The notes beneath the pieces are model-generated. The model ran no database searches. It was not told the DNA's origin and was given only the letters and a program-made list of their open reading frames with translations. 64,000 nt of DNA, from NCBI RefSeq assembly GCF_022773025.1, contig NZ_JALEZF010000064.1; one strand, written 5' to 3'. The stretch is from Clostridium sp. Its GTDB lineage: Bacteria > Bacillota > Clostridia > Clostridiales > Clostridiaceae. This document shows positions 41,237-50,273 of the stretch, one piece after another; position 1 is the first letter of the stretch; every line of letters begins with the position of its first letter. The position numbers and the translations under genes are program-made.

Positions 41237-43138
41237 TTAGATATCTAAAAGATTTTTTTGGTATTCTGCATACATGGACCTTAGAAGTGCCATCTTTTCA
41301 TCTAATTCTATTTGAAGATTAGATACTGTATCATAATCTTTTTCAGCTATTGCAGTTTTTATTCTAGTGAATAAGCTTTTGCTTGTGTAGCTGTCTTTCA
41401 TTAGATAATATCTTAAATCATTTATTATCATCCAGTTCTTTACATCTAGGTCTAGGGCTTTGTCATATTGATGAAGCATCTTGTAAGAACGGATTTCATC
41501 CATATAGTTTGAAAGTATCCTATTCTTTATTTCAGTAGCCCATTTATTAGTTGAGCTTAATCTGAAACTGTTTATTACAGCATCAGTGAATACGTCATTT
41601 GCAGTTAATACAGAAAGCTTCTCTTTATACTTTGTAAATGCACTAAAATTTTCATGAACTGTAGCAGGTGCTTTTCCAAAGAATTTAGTTCTTTCTTCTT
41701 CGGTATAATCATCAAATACATCTTCTTCAGATCTATAAGCTCTTTCTTTCTCAAGGTAATTTGAAGTTTCTCCTGGTTTCTTAGAAAGTTCAGCTAAAAG
41801 CTCTTCATCTGAAAGATTAGATTCTAAAGCGTATCGTATTCCATCGCACATAGCCATGTAAGTTACAGCCATAGCTAAATAAGTGTTAGTGTAAGGGTTA
41901 GGGCTTCTAAGTTCAAATCTTGTTGCAAGAGGATTGTCATTATCTCTTACAACTCCAACAAGTACTGTTCTGTTTCTTGAAGGAACTTCTACGCTTCTAC
42001 CTAAAGAAGTAACGATACATATAGGAGCTTCAAATCCAGGTTTTAATCTTCTTAGAGAATCGTTAGTTGAAGATATGAAAGGATTCATTATCTCGTAATT
42101 TTTAAGGACTCCCATAATAGCGCCATAACCTATTCCACTTAGGAATTGATCTTCTTTTCCAGCAAATAAATTGATTCTTCTGCCATCCTTTAGCTTTAAT
42201 GCAACACCTATATGAATGTGTTTTCCATTACCTGCAACTCCATCGATAGGCTTAGCATTTAAAGTAACTTCTAGTCCGTTTCTTCTGAATGTTTCTTGAA
42301 CTAAATCTCTCACCCAAAGTTCGTTATCAGCAGCTTGTATAGCGGTAGAATATTTCCAGTCTATTTCAAGTTGTTCCATTATGTGATTTAGGCTTCCTGT
42401 TTCAGTAAGTTTAGCCTTTATACCACCAACTTCTTTATGACCCATTTCAGGTTCTAGACCGTAATTTTCCATAATCATTAAAGTTTGTTCCATAGCAGTT
42501 CTTACACAGCCAGTTGTCTTTTTCCAATATTGTTCTTGAAGAGTTTGAGACGTTGAAAGTTCTTCAGTTTCGGCTTTGTCATTTGGAGTCTTAACCCAAA
42601 ATTCAAGCTCTGTTGCAGAAGTTGCTACTATTTCAGATATATCATCAACTGTGATACCGAATGATGTTAGGCTTTCAGGATGTTTTGCCAATAATTCAAG
42701 AAGAGATGATTTAAAATAATCAATAGAATTTTTTAATATCTTACGAGAGTCAACAAATTTGTTGCAATGCTTTAAGAAGCAAGGAATTCTAATTGTTCCG
42801 ATTGGGTTTCCAGTGATTGCATCGATATTTTCATAATTGTAGTCTATGAACCAATTACAATCTAAATCAGATATCATGTCAACTTTTGCATTGTTTAAAG
42901 ATGCTATTCCAGGAAGGGCAACTGAGGAACCATCTGTTTGAGCAGCGTGTCCATATAGAAAGTTGTCCATATCCTCTAAAAATACTTTTATAGGGATTCT
43001 TTCGTCGGTGTCATTTCCTGATAAATCTACTCCTATTAAAGAAACAAATTTAATTTCGGGATGGTTTTCGATTATATTACTTAGACTTTTAGGACAATGG
43101 GATTCTTTTGGTATAAAATACAGTAATTCATTTTTCAT
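41237..43138 (-). CDS. glnA: Glutamine synthetase, type III-like (633 aa)
   Basis: GS catalytic-domain motifs (…EMGHKEVGG…, KPIDGVAGNGKHIHIG, …RSPNPYTNTYL…) in a protein longer than GSI. Confidence 0.8.
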   Translation of the reverse strand: MKNELLYFIPKESHCPKSLSNIIENHPEIKFVSLIGVDLSGNDTDERIPIKVFLEDMDNFLYGHAAQTDGSSVALPGIASLNNAKVDMISDLDCNWFIDYNYENIDAITGNPIGTIRIPCFLKHCNKFVDSRKILKNSIDYFKSSLLELLAKHPESLTSFGITVDDISEIVATSATELEFWVKTPNDKAETEELSTSQTLQEQYWKKTTGCVRTAMEQTLMIMENYGLEPEMGHKEVGGIKAKLTETGSLNHIMEQLEIDWKYSTAIQAADNELWVRDLVQETFRRNGLEVTLNAKPIDGVAGNGKHIHIGVALKLKDGRRINLFAGKEDQFLSGIGYGAIMGVLKNYEIMNPFISSTNDSLRRLKPGFEAPICIVTSLGRSVEVPSRNRTVLVGVVRDNDNPLATRFELRSPNPYTNTYLAMAVTYMAMCDGIRYALESNLSDEELLAELSKKPGETSNYLEKERAYRSEEDVFDDYTEEERTKFFGKAPATVHENFSAFTKYKEKLSVLTANDVFTDAVINSFRLSSTNKWATEIKNRILSNYMDEIRSYKMLHQYDKALDLDVKNWMIINDLRYYLMKDSYTSKSLFTRIKTAIAEKDYDTVSNLQIELDEKMALLRSMYAEYQKNLLDI

Positions 43139-43162
43139 ACTAGAAATCCTACATATTTATAA

Positions 43163-43179
43163 TGTAAGATTTTTTCACA
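43163..43179. promoter_or_regulatory. GlnR/TnrA-type box upstream of the glutamine synthetase gene
   Basis: TGTAAGATTTTTTCACA fits TGTNA-N7-TNACA exactly. It lies 25-41 nt upstream of the GS start codon and abuts a TATAAA -10-like element on the minus strand. Confidence 0.5.
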
Positions 43180-43515
43180 TCCTTTCACTAATAATTCTTT
43201 TAAATAAAAATCAGGAATACACAAAAGTACGTACTTAAATTAAAATAAAATATAAAAACATTCTAGTATAAAGCGTATGATGTGTCAATATAAAAAGATA
43301 TAATTCACGCAATAATGAAAATTTATGAATTATAGTATGTATGAAAAGGTATAGAATTGACAATTAGTTAAAATAATTAGAAAAAGAATAAAAACATAGA
43401 AAACAGATAATTGTGAATATAATAGTATTTTTCGGGATTTTAGTTATAATAATTATTGATAGCCTAATTGAAGAGTGGTTATAATTATAGAGAAGGTTTT
43501 GAAAGGAGAGATATT

Positions 43516-44034
43516 ATGATAAATCCTGTAGTTACTATAAAAATGAAAGACGGAGGTATAATAAGAGTTGAATTATACCCTGAGGTAGCGCCAAATACAG
43601 TTAATAATTTTATATCTTTAGTTAAGAAAGGATTCTATGATGGCTTAATATTCCATAGAGTTATCCCAGGTTTCATGGTACAAGGAGGATGTCCAGAGGG
43701 TACTGGAATAGGTGGTCCTGGATATGCAATAAAAGGAGAATTTGCAGCTAACGGCTTTAAAAATGACCTTAAACACGAAAGAGGAGTTATATCAATGGCA
43801 AGAGCTATGAACAAAGATTCAGCTGGAAGCCAATTCTTCATAATGGTAGCAGATGCTCCACACTTAGATTCTCAATATGCAGCCTTTGGTAAAGTTATAG
43901 AAGGAATGCACGTTGTAGATACAATAGTTTCTACAAAGACTGACCGTATGGATAAACCATATGAAGATCAAATTATGGAAAGTGTAGTTGCAGAAACATT
44001 TGATACTGAGTATGCTGAACCACAGAAATTATAA
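43516..44034 (+). CDS. ppiB: Peptidyl-prolyl cis-trans isomerase, cyclophilin type
   Basis: FHRVIPGFMVQGG and SAGSQFFI motifs. I prefer the ATG at 43516 (AAAGGAGAG RBS). Confidence 0.92.
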   Translation: MINPVVTIKMKDGGIIRVELYPEVAPNTVNNFISLVKKGFYDGLIFHRVIPGFMVQGGCPEGTGIGGPGYAIKGEFAANGFKNDLKHERGVISMARAMNKDSAGSQFFIMVADAPHLDSQYAAFGKVIEGMHVVDTIVSTKTDRMDKPYEDQIMESVVAETFDTEYAEPQKL

Positions 44035-44052
44035 TAGAAGGCAGGTACAGCT

Positions 44053-44415
44053 ATGAACAATAAGAGGCTTCTTTTAGTATATGGATTATCGAAAGAAGAA
44101 ATAGATTTTTTATCTATATCAAAAATAGAGTATATAGATATAAGACCTGATATGGCATCCTGTAAAATAGCCGACATAATAAATGGTAAGGCTCATATGG
44201 GAACTATGCCTAAGCTTCCCGAGGAAAAAGTTATACTTATGAATGGTTATAACCAGAATGAAATAATGAATATGGTTAACCTTATAAGAGCTGGTATCGG
44301 TAAAGCACCAATACTTGCAGCAGTAACAGAGAATTCAAGCAAATGGTCTTTTGATTATCTATTAAACCATTTAATCGAAGAGAGAGAATGGTATAGGAAT
44401 AATTCTAAAAAATAG
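44053..44415 (+). CDS. Hypothetical protein (possibly DUF3783 family)
   Basis: 120-aa ORF with good coding character. The family is recalled only weakly. Confidence 0.35.
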   Translation: MNNKRLLLVYGLSKEEIDFLSISKIEYIDIRPDMASCKIADIINGKAHMGTMPKLPEEKVILMNGYNQNEIMNMVNLIRAGIGKAPILAAVTENSSKWSFDYLLNHLIEEREWYRNNSKK

Positions 44416-44441
44416 TATTTTGTTTAGAGAGGACGATAAAG

Positions 44442-45131
44442 GTGAGCAGAGTAGGAGAGAAAATAAAGAGGGCTAGAGAAGAAAATAAAATGACTCAAAA
44501 ACAGCTTGCCAAAAAACTTGGAGTATCTGAAAGTTTCATAAATGAAGTTGAGATTGGAAGAAAGATCATCAATGAGAATATGATTACAAAAGTATCCAAG
44601 GTTTTAAATAAAAATATAAATGACATAGGCATGTCTGTGGAAGAGGAAGCTGGAAACAGTAGAGAAGTTCCATCGGTTTATGATAAGCAGTCTAAAGCTG
44701 CGCCAAAAGAGGAAGTTAAAGATATCTGGAACAAAGCTTTTGGAGATGTTATGAGAAATGTGCCAGTATATGATTATACGTTGAAAAATCTTAAGGGATA
44801 TAGAGAGATGGCAGTTCACTCAAACAAGATAGAAGGTTTTAATCAAGATAAGGTATTCTTTTTGGAAATTTCCGATGAGGATATGGCTGGATATAGAATT
44901 CAAAAGGGTGATATAGCCTTTTGTGCAGCGATAAAAGAAATTGAGAATAACAGCATATGTTTTGTAGAATACAAAGGCATCAGAGCTGTGAGAGCTGTAA
45001 AGAAGCTAGACAATACAAAAGTACTTCTTTTGAACAATTCCAGAGGAGATGTGAGGACAGAAACTTTAAACATAAAAGATATAAAACCTCTAGGAAAACT
45101 ATTAAAACTTGAAATAACACTTAAAGGTTAA
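44442..45131 (+). CDS. XRE-family HTH regulator with a degenerate LexA/S24-like C-terminal domain
   Basis: N-terminal HTH (…MTQKQLAKKLGVSESFINEVEIGRK…). The C-terminal region aligns without gaps to the LexA cleavage domain, but has SDEDM in place of GDSM and R in place of the catalytic K. Confidence 0.65.
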   Translation: MSRVGEKIKRAREENKMTQKQLAKKLGVSESFINEVEIGRKIINENMITKVSKVLNKNINDIGMSVEEEAGNSREVPSVYDKQSKAAPKEEVKDIWNKAFGDVMRNVPVYDYTLKNLKGYREMAVHSNKIEGFNQDKVFFLEISDEDMAGYRIQKGDIAFCAAIKEIENNSICFVEYKGIRAVRAVKKLDNTKVLLLNNSRGDVRTETLNIKDIKPLGKLLKLEITLKG

Positions 45132-45272
45132 AATTGCTTTTGAGCAAAACAAGAAACTTTAGGAGAAATCCTAGGGTTTTTCTTTTTGTAAATATAAAAT
45201 ATTTCAAGGAGTTAGGAAAGTTTTTTCACCATTTAGAGAGAAGATTCATAATTATATACTGTATAGAAAAAA

Positions 45273-46997
45273 ATGGGAGTGAGTAACATATTAGCAGATG
45301 CAACGGTAAATTTAATTTTAAAGTTACCGCCTGAATTAAGGGAAAGATTATATAAACTTTCTACGGAAGATGTGTTTATGCCAGGACAGGTAGAATTCAT
45401 AGTGATCTTTGGGGAAGAGGTAGAACTTGTAAGAGAATCTACACAAGAGTTTGGTGGAACTTTTGAAAATTTAGGATTTGGATATGGAATCATATATCTT
45501 CCGATTTTAAAAATAGACAATATCTTTAAAATAAAAGGGGTAGATTATGTTGAACTTCCAAAAATACTTTTCACATCCTATGCTGTAAGCAATAGGGTAT
45601 CTTGTGTCAATGAAGCATGGACTGCATATGGATTAAGTGGAGAAGGTGTACTGGTAGGATTTATAGATTCAGGTATAGATTATACACATCCGGCTTTTGA
45701 CGATGAGAATGGGAGAACACGAATAGAGTATATATATGATTTATCCCAAGGAGGAAAGGTATGGAATAAGGAACAAATTCAAAAGGCTATTGACTCGCCA
45801 AACCCACTAAGCGTAGTAGATGAGGTTGATGATAATGGACATGGTACCCATGTAGCAAGTATAGCATGTGGAGGTGGAAAAATAAGCCCTGTATATTATG
45901 GCCCTGCATACAAGAGTTCCATTGCGATGGTAAAAATAACTCCTAAGGGAAGCTTAAATATGGGAACAAGTACCCTTATAATGAGGGGAATTAAATTCCT
46001 TATAGATAAATCCAAGGAATTAAATAAGCCCCTAGTTATAAATTTAAGTCTAAGTACTAGTAGTGGTGCACACAATGGCAAGAGTTTGTTTGAGAAGTAT
46101 ATAGAAACAGTAAGTGCATTGGAGCCAATAGTTTTTGTAGCGGCGGCAGGAAATGATGGAGATACAGCTCAACATGTGGGTGGAATACTTAATGAAACAC
46201 AAGATATATCTTTGAATATATCTAAAGATGAATCAAGTATAGCTATACCTTTATATAAAGGATTACTAAGTAATATAAGCATTGAAATAATAAATCCAGC
46301 CTCACAAAGTAGCGGAGTAATAGAAGTTAAAGAAGATTTTTTTGATAGGCAGGTAGGAAATGACCGAGTTCTAATATACTATACAGGTCCGAAACCCTTT
46401 GATATAGACGGAGAAATTGTAATAAGTATGATTTCTCCAGAAAATCAATTCTTATTAAGTGGAGTATGGACTATTAGAATTAAATTGTTAAATAAATTAC
46501 CTAGTATATATAATATGTGGATTTCAGTAACAGCTAGTTTAAATAAAGAAACAAAATTTTTTAATCCTGATATATACAATACCTTAGGTATACCTGCTAC
46601 AGTTGAAAATGTTATATCTGTTGGAAGCTATAATCCTTTTACAGGAAATATATCATCTTTTTCTGGCAGAGGGTCTATAGCTAATCAAGTATTAAAACCA
46701 GATATAGTTGCTCCAGGAGAGAATATAGAGGCAGCAATTCCTAAAAGTAGATATGGAACTAAGACAGGAACATCTATGGCAACACCAGAAGTGTCGGGCA
46801 TATGTGCATTACTTCTAGAATGGGGGATTATTAAAGGCAATGATGTGATACTTTATGGAGAAAGGTTAAAGTACTATCTTGTCAAAGGGGCCAAAAGAGA
46901 AAGAACTGATGTAGTATATCCGGATCCTGTTTGGGGATATGGAGAAGTATGTTTAAATAATGCTCTGAATTTGTTAAAGATTAATAGGGGGAATTAA
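45273..46997 (+). CDS. cspB: Germination-specific subtilisin-like protease (CspB-like, S8 family)
   Basis: Catalytic triad present: GFIDSGID (Asp), GHGTHVAS (His), GTSMATPEVSG (Ser). Located in a csp-csp-sleC arrangement. Confidence 0.8.
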   Translation: MGVSNILADATVNLILKLPPELRERLYKLSTEDVFMPGQVEFIVIFGEEVELVRESTQEFGGTFENLGFGYGIIYLPILKIDNIFKIKGVDYVELPKILFTSYAVSNRVSCVNEAWTAYGLSGEGVLVGFIDSGIDYTHPAFDDENGRTRIEYIYDLSQGGKVWNKEQIQKAIDSPNPLSVVDEVDDNGHGTHVASIACGGGKISPVYYGPAYKSSIAMVKITPKGSLNMGTSTLIMRGIKFLIDKSKELNKPLVINLSLSTSSGAHNGKSLFEKYIETVSALEPIVFVAAAGNDGDTAQHVGGILNETQDISLNISKDESSIAIPLYKGLLSNISIEIINPASQSSGVIEVKEDFFDRQVGNDRVLIYYTGPKPFDIDGEIVISMISPENQFLLSGVWTIRIKLLNKLPSIYNMWISVTASLNKETKFFNPDIYNTLGIPATVENVISVGSYNPFTGNISSFSGRGSIANQVLKPDIVAPGENIEAAIPKSRYGTKTGTSMATPEVSGICALLLEWGIIKGNDVILYGERLKYYLVKGAKRERTDVVYPDPVWGYGEVCLNNALNLLKINRGN

Positions 46998-46998
46998 T

Positions 46999-48726
46999 AT
47001 GGATATAAAATTTGATACAGTGTCCGATAATAACAGTTTAAATGAGTGTGCTAAAAAGTTTTATGATAACGGTTATACTAGTGTTATAGCAGCATATTCG
47101 GGAGACTTAGTAGGAGCCTTAAAAAATATAGATTATGCCTGTGCATTCATAATAAATGATGATACTGCTGTAGTTATTGTAAAGATAGGGAAGGTTTATA
47201 GTCTTATAGATGATGTAAAAGAAATACGATATGTGGATGCTATAACTCCATTTACCTTAAATTATATTTCTCCCCTTGAAGCATCAAATATAACACCTTT
47301 TCATGACAATCCCTTTTTAAAACTTACTGGTAGGGGAGTTATAGTGGGAATTATTGATACAGGTATTGATTATTTAAATGAGGAGTTTATATACGAAGAT
47401 GATACTACAAAAATATTTGCAATATGGGATCAAAGTCTTCCAATTACACCAGGTCAAATAGATGTAGGACTTGGAAGCTATTATAACAGGGATGATATTA
47501 ATAAGGCAATTAAGCTTTATAAAGATGGTGGTGATCCTTATAGTATAGTTCCTTCTAAAGATGAGGTTGGACATGGGACAAAAATGGCTGGAATAATAGG
47601 AGGAAGAGGAAAAAATCCAGCATTTATAGGAGGGGCTCCTGACTGTGAATTTGTTGTAGTAAAGCTTAAACCAACATATGTTACAGACAAAGGGGAACCG
47701 GTATATACACCAGCAAGTATACTGTTAGCGCTTACTTTTTTTAATTCTTTACTAAAGAATCCAGATATTCCTCCTATTGTAGTGTATTTGCCATTAGGAT
47801 CTAATTTAGGATCTCATGATGGAAACAGTCTTCTAGATAAAAATATCGATAGGTATTCAGAAACCATAGGAACAGTTGTAGTTACAAGCACAGGTAATCA
47901 GGGGAACCAACAGGTTCATGTATCTGGAACTATAGAAAATACAGGTGATTCAAAAATTATCGAACTAAAGGTATCACCTACACAGAAAAATATAATAATG
48001 CAAATTTGGATAAAGAAGCCAGATAAGGTTTCGTTAAGTATAATATCACCATCGGGAGAAGTTATAGAGAAAATACCTGCGAAGCTTCAGAAGAATGAAG
48101 AGATAAAGTTTATATTTGAAGGAAGCACGGCTTATGTGCAGTACTTTATACCAGAAGAAATAACAGGTGATGAACTTATAAGTGTTGAAATAAAAGATAT
48201 AAGGGAGGGAATATGGCAGTTTAAGCTTATAGGAGACTATATTGCAGATGGTAGGTATGATGCTTATATTCCTCAGAGGGAACTTTTGGAAGGAGATACG
48301 AAATTTTTAAATTCAACTTCATCAACAACCTTGACACTACCTTCAGATGGCAGACAGATTATAACCACCTCATTTTATGACCAAAACAATAATGCCATAG
48401 TTGCAGAATCAGGAAGGGGGTATACAAGGGACAATAGAATTAAACCAGATATTGCAGCAGGTGGAGTGAATGCAGTTACTACATCGCCGGGAGGAGCGTT
48501 ATCTACTGTAACAGGTGGAAGTGTTGCAGCAGCAGTTGTGGCTTCAGCTTGTGCCCTCATATTTCAATGGGGGATAGTTGAAGGAAGAGATCCAAGGATA
48601 TATGCACCAAAGATGAAGACCTATTTAATAAGAGGTACAAATAAGAGAGAAGGAGAAACATATCCTAATCCTATATTGGGATATGGAACATTAGACTTAA
48701 AAGCTGTTTTCGAAAATATAAGATAG
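46999..48726 (+). CDS. Germination-specific subtilisin-like protease paralogue (CspA/CspC-like)
   Basis: GIIDTGID (Asp), GHGTKMAG (His), and TGGSVAAA (Ser retained, in a GGS rather than GTS context). N-terminus …YSGDLVGALKNIDYA… is typical of Csp prodomains. Confidence 0.75.
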   Translation: MDIKFDTVSDNNSLNECAKKFYDNGYTSVIAAYSGDLVGALKNIDYACAFIINDDTAVVIVKIGKVYSLIDDVKEIRYVDAITPFTLNYISPLEASNITPFHDNPFLKLTGRGVIVGIIDTGIDYLNEEFIYEDDTTKIFAIWDQSLPITPGQIDVGLGSYYNRDDINKAIKLYKDGGDPYSIVPSKDEVGHGTKMAGIIGGRGKNPAFIGGAPDCEFVVVKLKPTYVTDKGEPVYTPASILLALTFFNSLLKNPDIPPIVVYLPLGSNLGSHDGNSLLDKNIDRYSETIGTVVVTSTGNQGNQQVHVSGTIENTGDSKIIELKVSPTQKNIIMQIWIKKPDKVSLSIISPSGEVIEKIPAKLQKNEEIKFIFEGSTAYVQYFIPEEITGDELISVEIKDIREGIWQFKLIGDYIADGRYDAYIPQRELLEGDTKFLNSTSSTTLTLPSDGRQIITTSFYDQNNNAIVAESGRGYTRDNRIKPDIAAGGVNAVTTSPGGALSTVTGGSVAAAVVASACALIFQWGIVEGRDPRIYAPKMKTYLIRGTNKREGETYPNPILGYGTLDLKAVFENIR

Positions 48727-48806
48727 AAGAAAAAGTGTAATAAAATGGTAACACATTATTTTTTTTATCATATTATATAATGAAGCATTTTAAAAGGAGA
48801 TTGTTT

Positions 48807-50150
48807 ATGGCAACTGGATATTTAAAGGTTCAAGTTTTTGAAAATGACAGCTATGTGCCTATTGATAAAGCTAAAGTCACTATAACACCTGTTGGTGCAG
48901 AACAAGGAGCCAGTGATACTATTCAGACAAATTCATCTGGAGTTACAGATGTGGTAGAGCTAGATGCCCCACCAATAGCATTTTCTCAGAGACCATCAGA
49001 GCAGATACCTTATAGTTTTTCTGATGTTATGGTAGAGGCAGAAGGATACGCACCACAATTAATAAAAGGAGTTCAAATATATCCAGAAATAACGGCATTA
49101 CAACAATTGTTTCTAAAAAAAGATAAAGGTTTAACTAGACAAAACGAAACTATAATTATAATACAGCCTAACGTTTTAGTAGGTAACTATCCTCCTAAGA
49201 TACCGGAAGAACCAATAAAACCTATGCCAAAATCCACAGGACAAGTAGTCTTACCCAATGTTGTAGTACCAGAATTTATAATTGTACATGATGGTGGTCC
49301 TAATTCATCAGGTCCTAATTATACAGTTCCATTTCCTGAATATGTAAAGAATGTAGCCAGTAGTGAAATATACTCAACATGGCCTGAAAATACTATAAGA
49401 GCCAACGTAAATGCCATAGTTTCATTTACATTAAACAGAATATATACAGAATGGTATCCAAGTAGAGGTAAGGATTTTGATATTACAAATTCTACTGCTT
49501 ATGATCATGCTTTTAGTTATGGAAGAAATGTGTATGAAAATATAAGCAGAATAGTAGATGACCTATTTACTACTTATATAAAAAGAAGTGGAGTTAGACA
49601 GCCTCTACTTACTCAGTATTGTGACGGTGTACAAGTACAGTGCCCAGGGTGGATGACTCAATGGGGAAGCAAGTATTTAGGCGATCAGGGAAAAACACCT
49701 TATGAAATTTTAACTAATTACTATGGAAATGACATAAACTTAGTTACTGCAGAAGAAGTTGAGGGAATACCTAGGTCCTATCCTGGATATACCCTTGAAA
49801 TAGGTTCAACTGGACAACCTGTCATAACAGTTCAGACTTATTTAAATAGGATTTCTCAAAATTATCCATTGATACCTAAGGTAAGAGTGGATGGAATATA
49901 TGGAAATGATACAAAGGAATCAGTAAAGGTATTTCAAGGGATATTTGGACTTTCACAGACGGGCAATGTAGATTATGCAACATGGTATAAGCTATCTCAA
50001 ATATATGTAGGTGTAACTAAAATAGCAGAGCTTAGAGGACATGAAGAAGAGATAAGTCCAGTAGGAGCAAGAGATTTTTATCCACCATTAGGATTTGGGA
50101 ATCATCCTTTAAGCGATGTACCTAAAATAAAATATTGGGATGATTTATAA
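48807..50150 (+). CDS. sleC: Spore cortex-lytic enzyme pre-pro-form (SleC-like) with C-terminal peptidoglycan-binding domain
   Basis: Follows the csp genes. C-terminal PG_binding_1 repeat (…VDGIYGNDTKESVKVFQGIFGLSQTGNVDYATW…). I prefer the ATG at 48807 (AAGGAG RBS). Confidence 0.75.
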   Translation: MATGYLKVQVFENDSYVPIDKAKVTITPVGAEQGASDTIQTNSSGVTDVVELDAPPIAFSQRPSEQIPYSFSDVMVEAEGYAPQLIKGVQIYPEITALQQLFLKKDKGLTRQNETIIIIQPNVLVGNYPPKIPEEPIKPMPKSTGQVVLPNVVVPEFIIVHDGGPNSSGPNYTVPFPEYVKNVASSEIYSTWPENTIRANVNAIVSFTLNRIYTEWYPSRGKDFDITNSTAYDHAFSYGRNVYENISRIVDDLFTTYIKRSGVRQPLLTQYCDGVQVQCPGWMTQWGSKYLGDQGKTPYEILTNYYGNDINLVTAEEVEGIPRSYPGYTLEIGSTGQPVITVQTYLNRISQNYPLIPKVRVDGIYGNDTKESVKVFQGIFGLSQTGNVDYATWYKLSQIYVGVTKIAELRGHEEEISPVGARDFYPPLGFGNHPLSDVPKIKYWDDL

Positions 50151-50273
50151 AAAATCATAAAGTAAGGACTTCCTAATTATTTGGAAGTCCAATCTATTTT
50201 TAAAGTATATTAACGATTAATGTATTATAATGTATAATTTCATTATTGTATATTGTAAGAGGAGGGGAGTAAT

